Numbered from the stretch's first letter, positions 9,147-18,903 are shown. The stretch: DNA of 64,000 nt from Candidatus Levyibacteriota bacterium (GCA_016182185.1 JACOXU010000003.1:57974-121973), one strand, 5' to 3'. Notes: a model not told the origin generated them from the sequence alone. Program-made: numbers and translations.

Positions 9147-10000
9147 GCTGTTCTTGCCTGAAGACTAAGAAGTGTAAGATTATTTGTTATCAAGCCGTCT
9201 GCACCGTTTCCCAAAACTCTAAGCGCTTGCCTTGCTGTCTTTACCACATAGACAAAAACTGTTCCTCCTGCTTCATGAAAACGACTAATATTCTCTTCCG
9301 ATGCAACTTCTGCGTCAAGAGAAATTCCAAATGGACCGTCGGGAAACCCGTCATGAACGAAAAAGGTATCTATGTTTCTCTCGTTTTGAATAGTATAAAA
9401 AAGATTTGAAGCGTCTCCTCCCTGCTTTTCTCTAACTTGCCCCAATGCCGACCATGCCTCGCCACTAAAAACCGCATCGGAGATTTGATTTTCTTCAAGA
9501 ATATCAAGCACCGGCCCTGGCGAATCAGTGTCCTTAAAATCAATAAGCACTTTATAACCATCTTTTTTAATTTCCTGAATCACTGTGGAAAGCTTGCGGC
9601 TCGGTCTTGAAAGAGTAATAGAGCCCTGGGAGCGATCCAATCCAACCCCTGCAAAATATTCTTCATGCCCTACATAGACTTTGCCACGATAGGTATAAGC
9701 ATCAGTTTCAATAAAATTACAGCCGGTTCGCTTAAATTGTCTGTAAAAAGGTCTTAAGTTTCCTCCGTTGTGAGCAACTGTCTCGAATCCTTCGTATTTG
9801 CTAAGTTCGTCAAAAGTTATTTGGTCAATTCTCTCGAAGGTTGGCTGTTCGGGGCTAATTGCGGGAAATCCGAAGACTTTCGCTACAAAATAAATACTAG
9901 CACCCCCCTCCGCTATTTTTACTCCCCTTCCCAGGAATACTCTTCTGGTTTCTTTTTTAGAGAATGAATTCGGAAAAAACCGAGAATTTTCCGCTCCCAT
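9143..10000 (-). CDS. glycerophosphodiester phosphodiesterase-like protein
   Basis: AHNGG, IETD, IDFKD, GADGLITN TIM-barrel motifs (AHRG variant). Confidence 0.65.
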   Translation of the reverse strand: MGAENSRFFPNSFSKKETRRVFLGRGVKIAEGGASIYFVAKVFGFPAISPEQPTFERIDQITFDELSKYEGFETVAHNGGNLRPFYRQFKRTGCNFIETDAYTYRGKVYVGHEEYFAGVGLDRSQGSITLSRPSRKLSTVIQEIKKDGYKVLIDFKDTDSPGPVLDILEENQISDAVFSGEAWSALGQVREKQGGDASNLFYTIQNERNIDTFFVHDGFPDGPFGISLDAEVASEENISRFHEAGGTVFVYVVKTARQALRVLGNGADGLITNNLTLLSLQARTA

Positions 10001-10021
10001 ATTTATAATAATTTCTTAAAA

Positions 10022-10294
10022 TTAGCCAACAATTGAGGCGTTTTGAAAAAGTATGCTGTACATCAACGCATCTTCCGCTTTTCTCATGATATCTTTTTCT
10101 ATATTTATTTTATCGAGAGTATTTAGTATTTTCCTTATATAAGGCTTGACCGCTTCCTTATCGATTTCGTTTCGTCGCGCAAACGCTTCTTTCAGGAACC
10201 TTTCTGCCATTCTTATCGAGCCTCTCTGGTAACCTATGGCTACGCGCTCTAAATCCATCGATAGAGAGGATAATGAGATAAAGGTTTTGTTCAT
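10022..10294 (-). CDS. hypothetical protein
   Basis: 90 aa, overlaps the stop of 10291-10629 (translational coupling). Confidence 0.6.
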   Translation of the reverse strand: MNKTFISLSSLSMDLERVAIGYQRGSIRMAERFLKEAFARRNEIDKEAVKPYIRKILNTLDKINIEKDIMRKAEDALMYSILFQNASIVG

Positions 10295-10629
10295 AAGATC
10301 TCTTCAAAAAAGTATTTCATGAGTTTTTCAAATTCTTTTCTTGTCTTTTCATTATGAATCTCATTACTTCTATTGCTATCGCTCGGACGGATATTAATGA
10401 AGGATTTAAAATCGATAACTTTTGTCTCCAAATCCAGTCCTCCACCCCATAAATCTGACTGATGAGAACCACCTTCCAATAATATTTTTTCAGAGTCAAA
10501 ATGACGATCACAGCCTGCAGAGCAAATTTTTCTTTTGATATCTATAACTGTTTTTATGTAAATTTCAAACTGCTCCTGCAATTGCTTAATCTCGTCTTTT
10601 GTGAACGGCTTATCTTTAGTTATAACCAC
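10291..10629 (-). CDS. DUF5674-like protein
   Basis: IKTVIDI...H.D.E..LLE.GS.Q.DLWGG...SFINIRP...NRS.EI pattern. Confidence 0.65.
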   Translation of the reverse strand: MVITKDKPFTKDEIKQLQEQFEIYIKTVIDIKRKICSAGCDRHFDSEKILLEGGSHQSDLWGGGLDLETKVIDFKSFINIRPSDSNRSNEIHNEKTRKEFEKLMKYFFEEIL

Positions 10630-10676
10630 AAGACTATTATAACAAACTGTGTAAACTGCGCCAAAAGTAGAGAAAA

Positions 10677-11057
10677 TTATTTTTCTAAATATTTCTTAAG
10701 AGGGCCTAAATAATATCGCTTCCAACCATCATCTATGTCATCATGCTCATCATCTGGAACGTTCTCATGAACAAGCTCTACTTTGGTCTTTCCTTCTTTT
10801 TCAGAAAGTACAAATCTTACTATCGATGGTTCCTTCCAATCCCCGCCAAACCAATCTTGTTGCAATAATTTATTTTTTTCCACTTTGGTATTTGTACCGT
10901 GGACTTCCCCGCCCCAAAGTGAAAATTTCGTACCTACTTTATCATCCATTTTGGCAGGACCCGCTCCCCATTTGTCAATTTCTTTGGGGTCAACAAGCGC
11001 TCGCCAAACCCGCTCAACAGAAGCATTAATCAAATATTCCTGCCGAATGGTTTTCAC
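10677..11057 (-). CDS. SRPBCC/AHSA1 domain protein
   Basis: ASVERVWRALVDP, GKTKVELVHENVP, GWKRYY. Confidence 0.85.
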   Translation of the reverse strand: MKTIRQEYLINASVERVWRALVDPKEIDKWGAGPAKMDDKVGTKFSLWGGEVHGTNTKVEKNKLLQQDWFGGDWKEPSIVRFVLSEKEGKTKVELVHENVPDDEHDDIDDGWKRYYLGPLKKYLEK

Positions 11058-11119
11058 AAGACCATTATACCACGGAGAGGAAAGAAGCCCTTTGATAACT
11101 CAGGCATTCTGTAGAAAAA

Positions 11120-11325
11120 TTACTGACTACTGATGGAAAATTTGGGATCCTTAGGGTCAAAAGCGTTTATATTTTTCGTAGCATCTAAAATCTCAATTCC
11201 CAAAACTTTTCCCTTCTTATCTTCATCCATTAAGATAGCATCGGAAATTTTCCGCGTACTCTCATATCCCCCTTTGCTAATTCAATATATACTGCGTCAA
11301 CTTTTGTATCGTATTTAAATTTCAT
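11120..11325 (-). pseudogene. DUF2283-family antitoxin-like gene, frameshifted
   Basis: MKFKYDTKVDAVYIELAKG then a 1-nt shift in the G5 run (11268-11272) into YESTRKISDAILMDEDKKGKVLGIEILDA...SSQ-stop. Confidence 0.7.
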
Positions 11326-11359
11326 ATTATTATTCTATCATTTTAATTCGGCAATCCGT

Positions 11360-11518
11360 ATGTCGAATGCATGAGAGATTAAATGAGCGCATCAGGGGGA
11401 ACCCGAGAACTTCGGAGGGGGTGTTATCACCCGATAAGCGAGTTTAATCTTAAAAGCATGAGGCAAGGCTTGGCGAGAGCTTTTGCTTCTTTTCTCGGCA
11501 GAAAAGAGGAAGATTCAC
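11360..11518. repeat. possible MITE-like palindromic insertion
   Basis: Nested inverted arms AGATTAAA/TTTAATCT, GGGTG/CACCC, CTTTTCT/AGAAAAG; follows a truncated MPVIFSEH reading frame. Confidence 0.35.
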
Positions 11519-11574
11519 ATGTTCCGAAAATATAACCGGCATGAGGAAATTATACCACGCCCAAATTTCGAATA

Positions 11575-12144
11575 TTATGGTTCTTCGTGATATTTATCTC
11601 TGAAATCTTGTTTTGCCTTTTCGACTGCTTTTCTTTGCTCTGAAGATGTTGCAGGAAAAATTCCGTCTCTCCTATTTTCATGGAGGAATTCCCTTGCTAA
11701 TGCCTTTGCATTGGCGGGATCAAATATTCCACTTGATTCGGCATTATCAATTTTCAAGAAATCAGCAAGCGCTTTATACGGCAGACTACCTGTTCCCCAA
11801 ACTGATGTTTCCCTAAATATTCCTCCCAATATTTCCTGCACTCCAAGCGGCATACCAGAATATACAAGCAATGCTTGAAATCTACCATTCAAAACATCCG
11901 TCAACTCAGAACCCTCCCTTCTCGCCATTGAAGCTAAGGCTTTTACCACCCTGCTAATATCGCTTGTATCTGGATCAGGGACTGGCAACCCTAAGGCATC
12001 CGATAACTGATCCACATCTACATCAGTCGCTCTCCCCTCGGAAAACGCAGTGGATGGTATCAACTTAAAAAGAGATCTAAGCTCTCCTTGAAGTTCCTGC
12101 GGGGTTGCTCGGGAATAATCTTTCTCGCCTTCGTGCTGCTGCAT
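11575..12144 (-). CDS. hypothetical protein flanked by 20-bp direct repeats
   Basis: 189-aa ORF; repeats at 11543-11562 and 12191-12210. Confidence 0.6.
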   Translation of the reverse strand: MQQHEGEKDYSRATPQELQGELRSLFKLIPSTAFSEGRATDVDVDQLSDALGLPVPDPDTSDISRVVKALASMARREGSELTDVLNGRFQALLVYSGMPLGVQEILGGIFRETSVWGTGSLPYKALADFLKIDNAESSGIFDPANAKALAREFLHENRRDGIFPATSSEQRKAVEKAKQDFRDKYHEEP

Positions 12145-12197
12145 ATTGAGGCTTGTATTTTAAAACTATTCTGCTTTAATTGCAAATGGCGAGGGAA

Positions 12198-12689
12198 TTA
12201 TACCACGCCCTTTATTCTGTCTGCTGTCTCCTCCAGCGTTAATTCCGTACTGTCAATCTTCTCATCAAATTCCTTCAGCTTACCTTGCTCCATATGAAGA
12301 ATTTTTACCCTTTCTTCTTCAAGAGTAAAATCTCTCGACTTATTTCTTTTTAAAGTTTCTTCAAGCGTTGGCAGAAGCAAAACTATTTTTGGATTAAATT
12401 GTGAAAGACTTTCTTTGTATATTCTTGCTATCTCATCTGTTATAACATCAAGAATAATTACATCAAACCCTTCAGCGATAAAATTTTTTGTCAAAATACA
12501 AGCATTTCTTATTCCCAAAGCAACTTGTTTTTGTCCTTCTTCACCGTCCCACGGAGCTCGATGAGGCTTTGTAATCATATGACGGACAGTATCGACGTCA
12601 ACTATCGCACACTTTTTTCTTTCCGATGACAATATTTTAGAAACTGTATTTTTCCCTGCTCCGGCAGGTCCAGTAAGAATCAACAACAT
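12198..12689 (-). CDS. P-loop nucleotide kinase / AAA_33-like protein (start 12689 preferred)
   Basis: MLLILTGPAGAGKNT Walker A; TGGTATAAT directly upstream. Confidence 0.75.
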   Translation of the reverse strand: MLLILTGPAGAGKNTVSKILSSERKKCAIVDVDTVRHMITKPHRAPWDGEEGQKQVALGIRNACILTKNFIAEGFDVIILDVITDEIARIYKESLSQFNPKIVLLLPTLEETLKRNKSRDFTLEEERVKILHMEQGKLKEFDEKIDSTELTLEETADRIKGVV

Positions 12690-12754
12690 AAAGAAATTAT
12701 ACCACGCTGCTTTATACTGAGCGAAACCGAAGTACAAAAGAAGCAGAGAATTAC

Positions 12755-13498
12755 CTACCTGCCCTGCTTTCTTTTCTCTATTGCACGCATTAACTGTTTA
12801 AATTCAATCGAAGGCTTCTTTTTACTCCATGGCATTTTTTTATCAAGCACCAAAGGTAGACTAAATATACCCCTTATTCCCCTAAGACGCGATTTAATGT
12901 CTTTGGATGACTCTCCTAGATAACTCTTATAAAATTTTAACTTCTCTCTTGCCTTATTTATTAATAAGTCCAAATTTTTTACTATATATTTATTCTTTAA
13001 AAATCCCTGTTTGGGTCGTATAAATTTTCCCTTTACAAATTCAACATATAATGAATTATTTCTAGCCCTCAATAATTCTTTACTCTCTTCGTCGGAAATT
13101 TTAAACATGTTAGTAATTTGTTCTAAATTAAACTCTTTAAAAGTTGTTAAACCATGGGATAGCTTTCGTGAATGCCTGACATAATTATTCTCAAACATTT
13201 TCCTTTTTCTTCGTCGAGAGTTAAAATTTATTTCAATTAATGTTGCTTCTGTATGCAAGAAGTCAATCTTACTAAGTTCTTCAATTGCAGTAGCAACATA
13301 AATTACGGATCTCTCCCTTTTACCTTTTTTTATTAAAAAATCGCATATATCCAGAAGCTCTTCAACGTTTTTCATTAGTTTTTTAATTGCGCGAGCACAA
13401 TCCAGCATGGATAGTCCCTCAAAAACTGGAAGTTGAAGAAATTTCTCGTCTGATTTATCAGTTATTATTTTAAGTCCTTTTTTTCTGTATACTCTCAT
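12755..13498 (-). CDS. AbiV-family (HEPN) abortive infection protein
   Basis: AIEELSK, HSRKL and RNNSLYV motifs. Confidence 0.65.
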   Translation of the reverse strand: MRVYRKKGLKIITDKSDEKFLQLPVFEGLSMLDCARAIKKLMKNVEELLDICDFLIKKGKRERSVIYVATAIEELSKIDFLHTEATLIEINFNSRRRKRKMFENNYVRHSRKLSHGLTTFKEFNLEQITNMFKISDEESKELLRARNNSLYVEFVKGKFIRPKQGFLKNKYIVKNLDLLINKAREKLKFYKSYLGESSKDIKSRLRGIRGIFSLPLVLDKKMPWSKKKPSIEFKQLMRAIEKRKQGR

Positions 13499-13553
13499 CT
13501 CTGATGAGGGAAATTATGCGCTGGTTGGGGTGGAAAATCAAGCAGTTCTTGTT

Positions 13554-13907
13554 TTATTTGAAATATTTCTGAAGACCATCAGGAATCACTATCGCACCGC
13601 CCAAGATTGATCGCTCTCTGTCGTCGTACGGTTTGGGCTGAAAAATTACAGCATTAGCACCAACCTCTTCAAGTGTTCCAACAATATCTATTCCCATTTC
13701 ATGCATGAAGCTGGTAAATGACCGCAAATCAAATGGTTTTTCTTCTGTTATCTCAACCCTTATTGCATGTGGCTTCTTTCCTTCTGTCTGCCACCGATGA
13801 ATCCCTTCCAAAGCAATTGCAACAGCATTTTTTTCACGATCACCTAGATTTTCAAATGTTTCCAGTTGCTCGGAGCTTACAATTCCAAAATTCCTTCCTG
13901 CTTCCAT
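13554..13907 (-). CDS. hypothetical protein flanked by 18-bp direct repeats
   Basis: ORF from MEAGR; repeats at 13528-13545 and 13954-13971. Confidence 0.55.
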   Translation of the reverse strand: MEAGRNFGIVSSEQLETFENLGDREKNAVAIALEGIHRWQTEGKKPHAIRVEITEEKPFDLRSFTSFMHEMGIDIVGTLEEVGANAVIFQPKPYDDRERSILGGAIVIPDGLQKYFK

Positions 13908-13979
13908 AATAAGGTAGAAATATACCAAAAATCAAAATTAAAATCAAGGGTTAGGGTGGAAAATCAAGCAGAATTAATT

Positions 13980-14237
13980 TTATCCATAAAGATTGCTGTG
14001 TTTATCAAGCACAATAAACAATACCGAATCTTTTTCTCTTCTAAATATTGCCCGTAAGTCTCCTGAAATATTTATACTCCTAAAACCCTTATATTCTCCG
14101 GTTAAGGCGTGATTATTGAGAATCGGACTAAATTCATCTTGTAGGAACAGGTTTCTTCTTTCTTTGAATTTTTTCTTTTGAGATTTAGTTAGTTTATTAT
14201 AGTCTTTGACAAACTTTCTGTGAGCGCGGATAGTCAT
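13980..14237 (-). CDS. type II TA toxin, RelE/YafQ-family mRNA interferase
   Basis: F.KDY.KL, NHALTGEYKGFRSINISGDLRAIF, H..LY. Confidence 0.85.
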   Translation of the reverse strand: MTIRAHRKFVKDYNKLTKSQKKKFKERRNLFLQDEFSPILNNHALTGEYKGFRSINISGDLRAIFRREKDSVLFIVLDKHSNLYG

Positions 14238-14509
14238 TGTGAGTCGAGGAATTTATCCATTTCTTCAGGAGTCTCAAACGGTCCGAAAATATTGCGATTG
14301 TGCTTTATGTCTTCCTCAACTTTTGCAATTATTTTTTCAAGCTCGGGAGTCATACGGGGAGTATGAGAAAAAATAACCTCTCTAGTTCTTATGAAATTTC
14401 GAAGAGATGCATTAATAACATCACTAAGGGTAAGTCCGAGCTCTTTAGCTGCCTTTTGAGCATTTTCCTTTACTTCTTTATCTGATTTTATATGAATAAC
14501 AGTCTGCAT
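14234..14509 (-). CDS. RelB/DinJ-family antitoxin (start 14509)
   Basis: MQTVIHIKSDKEVKENAQ...LGLTLSDVINASLRNF ribbon-helix-helix; ATGA overlap with toxin. Confidence 0.8.
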   Translation of the reverse strand: MQTVIHIKSDKEVKENAQKAAKELGLTLSDVINASLRNFIRTREVIFSHTPRMTPELEKIIAKVEEDIKHNRNIFGPFETPEEMDKFLDSQ

Positions 14510-14596
14510 AATATCTAAAGTATATACACTGGATACACAATTGTCAATAACAAAAACGTGAAAAAGTTGATAAAAGCAATGTATTATAATAGTAGC

Positions 14597-14824
14597 ATGA
14601 AAGTTGCGATTGTTGTGCATCCCAATTCGAAAAAACCAAGAATTGAAAAAGATCTCTTAGATACTCTTCATGTTTATGTAAATCAACCTCCTCTTGAAGG
14701 ACGGGCAAACAAAGCAGTAGCTGAATCACTGGCGGAATATTTTAAAGTAAAAAGAAATTGCGTAAAGCTTCTGTCAGGAGAAAAATCAAAAAATAAACTT
14801 TTTGATATTAAAAAAAATCAATAA
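14597..14824 (+). CDS. DUF167 (YggU-like) protein
   Basis: V.PNSKK, PPLEGRANKA, SGEKSKNK. Confidence 0.85.
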   Translation: MKVAIVVHPNSKKPRIEKDLLDTLHVYVNQPPLEGRANKAVAESLAEYFKVKRNCVKLLSGEKSKNKLFDIKKNQ

Positions 14825-14827
14825 GAT

Positions 14828-16549
14828 TTACCCAAATGTGAACGCGTAAACTTCGGTATTCCCGTCTTCAAATTCAATCCTTAAATTGTGGCGTCCGGGA
14901 GTCGGTAAATTTATAAGTTTGTACAGTCTGTCAGAATCAACATTCACTACCCCATTGCGATTATCCTCACCAAAATCTTTTACTTCCCCATCGAGATAAA
15001 CTTTAAAACGTGAGGCTTTGCTTTTCGGCCGGGCTACCAGAAAAACTTCTTTTGATTCAAAATTCAGATATAATTTGGAATCTTTGGCAGGGTTCGCATA
15101 TTCTGACATAATATTCCACTCTCCATCGAAGGCGAAATAATTATTTTGTAAAATTTGAGGTGCTGTATAAATACCTTTTGCATCTTCATATATTTGTTCG
15201 GGTGAAGCAAAATTTTGAATTCGTAAATAACCCAAATAAGTCTCCGGAGTTTTTGAATATACTTCGTATTTCGGATTTGAAACAGATTCGCTGGAAACAG
15301 CAGAACCGGTTTCCGACAGAAGCCGAAGAATTACTTTTTCGCTTTCATCATATGCGCCTTCTCCAAAATGGGTGAAGCGGATTAGTCCGTCCTTATCAAT
15401 AAAATATTTTGCCGGCCAGTAGCGGTTGTTGTATGCTTGCCAAGTGGCAAAATCATTATCCTGGACAATCGGATAGACAAGTCCAAAGTCAGAAATTGCC
15501 TGCGCCAGATTATCCTCATTTTTTTCAAATTCGAATTCAGGCGAATGAACACCTATAATAACCAACCCCTTATCTTTGTATTTTCCCCACCAGCTTCGAA
15601 GATAAGGAAATGTACGCTGACAATTTATGCAGGAATAGGTCCAAAAATCAATCACGACTACTTTTCCTCGAAGCTCTGAAAGCCTAAGCGGTTTGCTGTT
15701 GAACCAGATTCCTCCGGGAATAATTTCAGGTGCAACTGGACCCTTAGGCAGTGTAAGCTCTGACATCGGCTTTCCGATCTTATTTTCTTCAATTGGTTTT
15801 TGATTTATTTTCCTGAGTAATTGTTTAACCGTCTGATTGTCTTCAAATTTAGTCAGTCCTACGCCATAATTTGGGAATGTATTTAAAATAAAAGTCTGAA
15901 ATTTTCTGTCAAGATTTAAGAAAATTCCAACCGCAGTAATGACCATGACGACACCGAAAGCCTTCTGAATCCTTGCAGAATTTGCCACGAGCCATGGAAC
16001 ACGTTTTAATATATTCTGACCGCCGATCATAATGATAAACATCGGAATAGAAGTTCCAAGAGAATAAGAAAAAGTGATTATAAATGTCTGAAGCGTAACA
16101 GTGCCGGTAATTGCCAGGGATATAATTGATGCGAGTATTGGCCCGACACACGGAGTCCAAAGCAGCCCCAAAGACAATCCAATAATTAAGCCTCCGAAGA
16201 ATCCATGCTTGGTCTGTCCATTCGGAGCAAAGCGGCTTAACTTACTAAACACTTGTTCCATCCATACTTGGATTCTCGGAACAAATAAACTTAAGCCGAA
16301 TATAATCAAAATAAAGACTGAAGTGAAACGCAAGGATTCGGCAGGAATACCGCTTAGTCTTACAATTATTGAAAGGAATAAGGTGAAAAAGGTAAAGCTT
16401 AAGACAAACCCTACGACCACGCCAAGCGGTCTTCTTTTTCCTGTGGTATCGACAGAAGAAGACAGAATGATCGGCAAAAGCGGTAATATACAAGGGGAAA
16501 GTATTGTTACGATCCCCGCCAAAAATGCAAATGCGACAAGTAAAATCAT
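14828..16549 (-). CDS. dipZ: cytochrome c biogenesis protein DipZ (CcdA domain plus thioredoxin domain)
   Basis: LSPCILP, WTPCVGPIL, DFWTYSCINC, GVHSPEF, NRYWPA, AFTFG. Confidence 0.85.
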   Translation of the reverse strand: MILLVAFAFLAGIVTILSPCILPLLPIILSSSVDTTGKRRPLGVVVGFVLSFTFFTLFLSIIVRLSGIPAESLRFTSVFILIIFGLSLFVPRIQVWMEQVFSKLSRFAPNGQTKHGFFGGLIIGLSLGLLWTPCVGPILASIISLAITGTVTLQTFIITFSYSLGTSIPMFIIMIGGQNILKRVPWLVANSARIQKAFGVVMVITAVGIFLNLDRKFQTFILNTFPNYGVGLTKFEDNQTVKQLLRKINQKPIEENKIGKPMSELTLPKGPVAPEIIPGGIWFNSKPLRLSELRGKVVVIDFWTYSCINCQRTFPYLRSWWGKYKDKGLVIIGVHSPEFEFEKNEDNLAQAISDFGLVYPIVQDNDFATWQAYNNRYWPAKYFIDKDGLIRFTHFGEGAYDESEKVILRLLSETGSAVSSESVSNPKYEVYSKTPETYLGYLRIQNFASPEQIYEDAKGIYTAPQILQNNYFAFDGEWNIMSEYANPAKDSKLYLNFESKEVFLVARPKSKASRFKVYLDGEVKDFGEDNRNGVVNVDSDRLYKLINLPTPGRHNLRIEFEDGNTEVYAFTFG

Positions 16550-16552
16550 AAC

Positions 16553-17062
16553 TTACTTAATATTTGTCAATAATTCATCTATTTGTCCGCCGTTCCATTT
16601 AACAATTTCTTTTCCGAAACTGTCTATCTGGACAAATGTATGCTGGTAAGTAATTTCGTACTTTTTTGCTAAATCTTTTTCCTCTTGATCTGTGTCCGTA
16701 TCATTATAGTTGACTCGAATCAGTGTCACGTCTTCGGGTATTTTACTTGCGTTTTGCTTAAAACTCGCATCTGCGGGTCTGCAGGTCGGGCACCAGTTTG
16801 CATAAAAGTACAAGACTCTTCTCGTGCTCACCGTTCCATCTAAAACTGCCTTTGAATACTCAACATATCGGGAACTGTCTTTGCCTCTTATCATTACGTC
16901 TTCATCCTGACTGGAGATCTCCTCCTTTGTCATGGAATCTTGGCTTCCATCTTTCATCATTGAATCTTGTTGAGATACCGATTTTTGAGAAAGACTGTAT
17001 GCGCCAAATCCCACTAATGCAAGAATTAGAACGACTATAAAAATTATAATTGGGTTTTTCAT
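16553..17062 (-). CDS. membrane-anchored thioredoxin
   Basis: FYANWCPTC, YQHTFV. Confidence 0.85.
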   Translation of the reverse strand: MKNPIIIFIVVLILALVGFGAYSLSQKSVSQQDSMMKDGSQDSMTKEEISSQDEDVMIRGKDSSRYVEYSKAVLDGTVSTRRVLYFYANWCPTCRPADASFKQNASKIPEDVTLIRVNYNDTDTDQEEKDLAKKYEITYQHTFVQIDSFGKEIVKWNGGQIDELLTNIK

Positions 17063-17118
17063 TCATTCACCTCCTCTAATTTAGAGTAATCTAAAAAAAT
17101 ATAAATGTCAAGTAGACT

Positions 17119-17472
17119 TTACATTTTGAAGTAGGAATAGATTCTTGAAAGAAGCTTTGAGGTAATCATAGCGCAGAGCGCAATTATAAGCCACGGATCA
17201 ATATTATGCACAAGCGCTTGAAAAACTATACCAAGAATCAGTGCTCCCACACCCACTAAATATGAGATTCTTCCTGCAGTAAGAATATGGATTGATTCTC
17301 TCTCATCCTTGGATTTTTCTCTAAAAATATATGCCGAAAAAATCAAAAAAGCTACAATAATTCCTACTATAAGCGTGGATTGCACAGTCATAGGCATGCT
17401 TAAACTTTTATTGTTTAAGAAAAAAATGGCTATACTTAAAATAAAAACAGAGCTGATTGTTTCAATGACCAT
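17119..17472 (-). CDS. membrane protein (DUF2178-like)
   Basis: Four TM helices, KDERE motif, adjacent XRE regulator. Confidence 0.55.
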   Translation of the reverse strand: MVIETISSVFILSIAIFFLNNKSLSMPMTVQSTLIVGIIVAFLIFSAYIFREKSKDERESIHILTAGRISYLVGVGALILGIVFQALVHNIDPWLIIALCAMITSKLLSRIYSYFKM

Positions 17473-17473
17473 A

Positions 17474-17680
17474 TTAATTTATTATGTTAAAAATTTTCTC
17501 AACCGGCATATGAAAATATTTGGCAATCTTAAGCGCGAGCAGAACCGAAGGCGTATAATTCCCCTTCTCTATTGCAATTATGGTCTGGCGCGTCACACCG
17601 ATCTTAAAGGCAAGTTGTTCTTGAGTCATGTTATTTTTAACCCTTATACTCTGTAATTCATTTACAACTTTATCTGCCAT
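17474..17680 (-). CDS. XRE-family HTH transcriptional regulator
   Basis: [33 protein letters not shown]. Confidence 0.9.
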   Translation of the reverse strand: MADKVVNELQSIRVKNNMTQEQLAFKIGVTRQTIIAIEKGNYTPSVLLALKIAKYFHMPVEKIFNIIN

Positions 17681-17688
17681 ACTTAAAA

Positions 17689-17706
17689 TGTAAAGGGTAG
17701 TTTACA
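17689..17706. promoter_or_regulatory. putative XRE operator (second copy 17106-17123)
   Basis: Palindromes TGTAAAG-N4-GTTTACA and TGTCAAG-N4-CTTTACA. Confidence 0.45.
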
Positions 17707-17722
17707 GAATAATTATAGCAGA

Positions 17723-18049
17723 TTATTTTCCTTTGATTTTCTTAATATCTGAGTGGAGTTGTTTTTTTATCTCTTCAGCTGCTTCGATAATTTTATCTTC
17801 TATCTTATCTGTCTTTTCATTTAAATGTTCCCATACTTTGTCATGATTTCCCTCAGCAAGAAGCCTTAAAAATATCTCTTTATCCTCGTCTGACAGGTGA
17901 GAAAGTATAGCATCAACTACTGTATGATGAATGCTTTGATGAGCAAGATCAAGAAGCTCTTTTTTCTCCTCTTTGGATAAGATAAGCGTATCAAGTTCAG
18001 TTTCTAATATATCCAACGTTATTAAATGACTATAAAAATATTTTTTCAT
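17723..18049 (-). CDS. hypothetical helical protein
   Basis: 108 aa, ATGA overlap with upstream gene. Confidence 0.6.
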   Translation of the reverse strand: MKKYFYSHLITLDILETELDTLILSKEEKKELLDLAHQSIHHTVVDAILSHLSDEDKEIFLRLLAEGNHDKVWEHLNEKTDKIEDKIIEAAEEIKKQLHSDIKKIKGK

Positions 18050-18903
18050 TTTAAATTGATAGGTCCTAAAGGAATCTTATCATCCGGATCGTTTATAAAA
18101 AAGTACAAAACTGCGCCTTTTCTTGGACCCTCGGATAAACCCAGAAAATGCATCACCTCAGGGGATCCTCCCAAATGCTTTCCCGTCCAAACCGCAGGCC
18201 CGGCATCGGCAATGTCTGAAACTACACTTTGGCCGGTCAATGGATTTACAATTAGCATTTTTCTATATTTGAAAAAATCTCTGTATTCCCTAAGTCTTTT
18301 ATTGTAATCCAAAGCTGCAAAAGTCTGAACCGCAATATACCATCTTTCCTTTTCTATATCCGCCGGGGTTAACTCCCCTTTTGAATTGGCAAAGTATCCC
18401 CATGCTCCTCTGCCTGGCGCCATACCGGACGAGTAAAATAAATTACTGTTTATGATCGACGTAAAATGTGTAGCCATGTTGTCGCCCGGATATCTGATAA
18501 GATGCTGCTCTGCTCCTATAACTCCATAGGTTCTATTGAGACGAAGTCCGTTAATAGCGGGCATTACGTCCATACCAAAAAACTCTGATAATTTGGCAGA
18601 GATAGTTGCCTCTTCTTCGGGATTTAACGGCCTGACATTCTGTGGAATAATTGAATTTAATTCTTTTAGAAATGTTTCAACTTTATTTTTTTCTTCAATT
18701 AAGGGCGGAGGAGTTTGAGTTGTGGCCGCAGCAAGAGCGGTAGCTGGATTAAGGCTTGAAGACAGAAGAATTAGGCTTGCGGCACCTGCTGACAATTTAT
18801 TCAGAGCTTCTCTATGCTTTTCCTCAAATTTACTCCGAATACTTTTATGCCTCTTTCCCCATTCTTTTTTTAGAAGTTTATAATGGGAATTTCCTAGATC
18901 CAT
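18046..18903 (-). CDS. hypothetical protein with possible RlpA/double-psi-barrel-like C-terminus
   Basis: IVNPLTGQSVVSDIADAGP...LGGSPEV resembles the DPBB V.V.D.GP motif. Confidence 0.45.
   Translation of the reverse strand: MDLGNSHYKLLKKEWGKRHKSIRSKFEEKHREALNKLSAGAASLILLSSSLNPATALAAATTQTPPPLIEEKNKVETFLKELNSIIPQNVRPLNPEEEATISAKLSEFFGMDVMPAINGLRLNRTYGVIGAEQHLIRYPGDNMATHFTSIINSNLFYSSGMAPGRGAWGYFANSKGELTPADIEKERWYIAVQTFAALDYNKRLREYRDFFKYRKMLIVNPLTGQSVVSDIADAGPAVWTGKHLGGSPEVMHFLGLSEGPRKGAVLYFFINDPDDKIPLGPINLK

Noticed and set aside
11543-13971. Repeats as a CRISPR array
   Set aside because: Spacing is hundreds of bp with whole genes between; no cas genes. No CRISPR array, tRNA or rRNA was recognised anywhere in the window.
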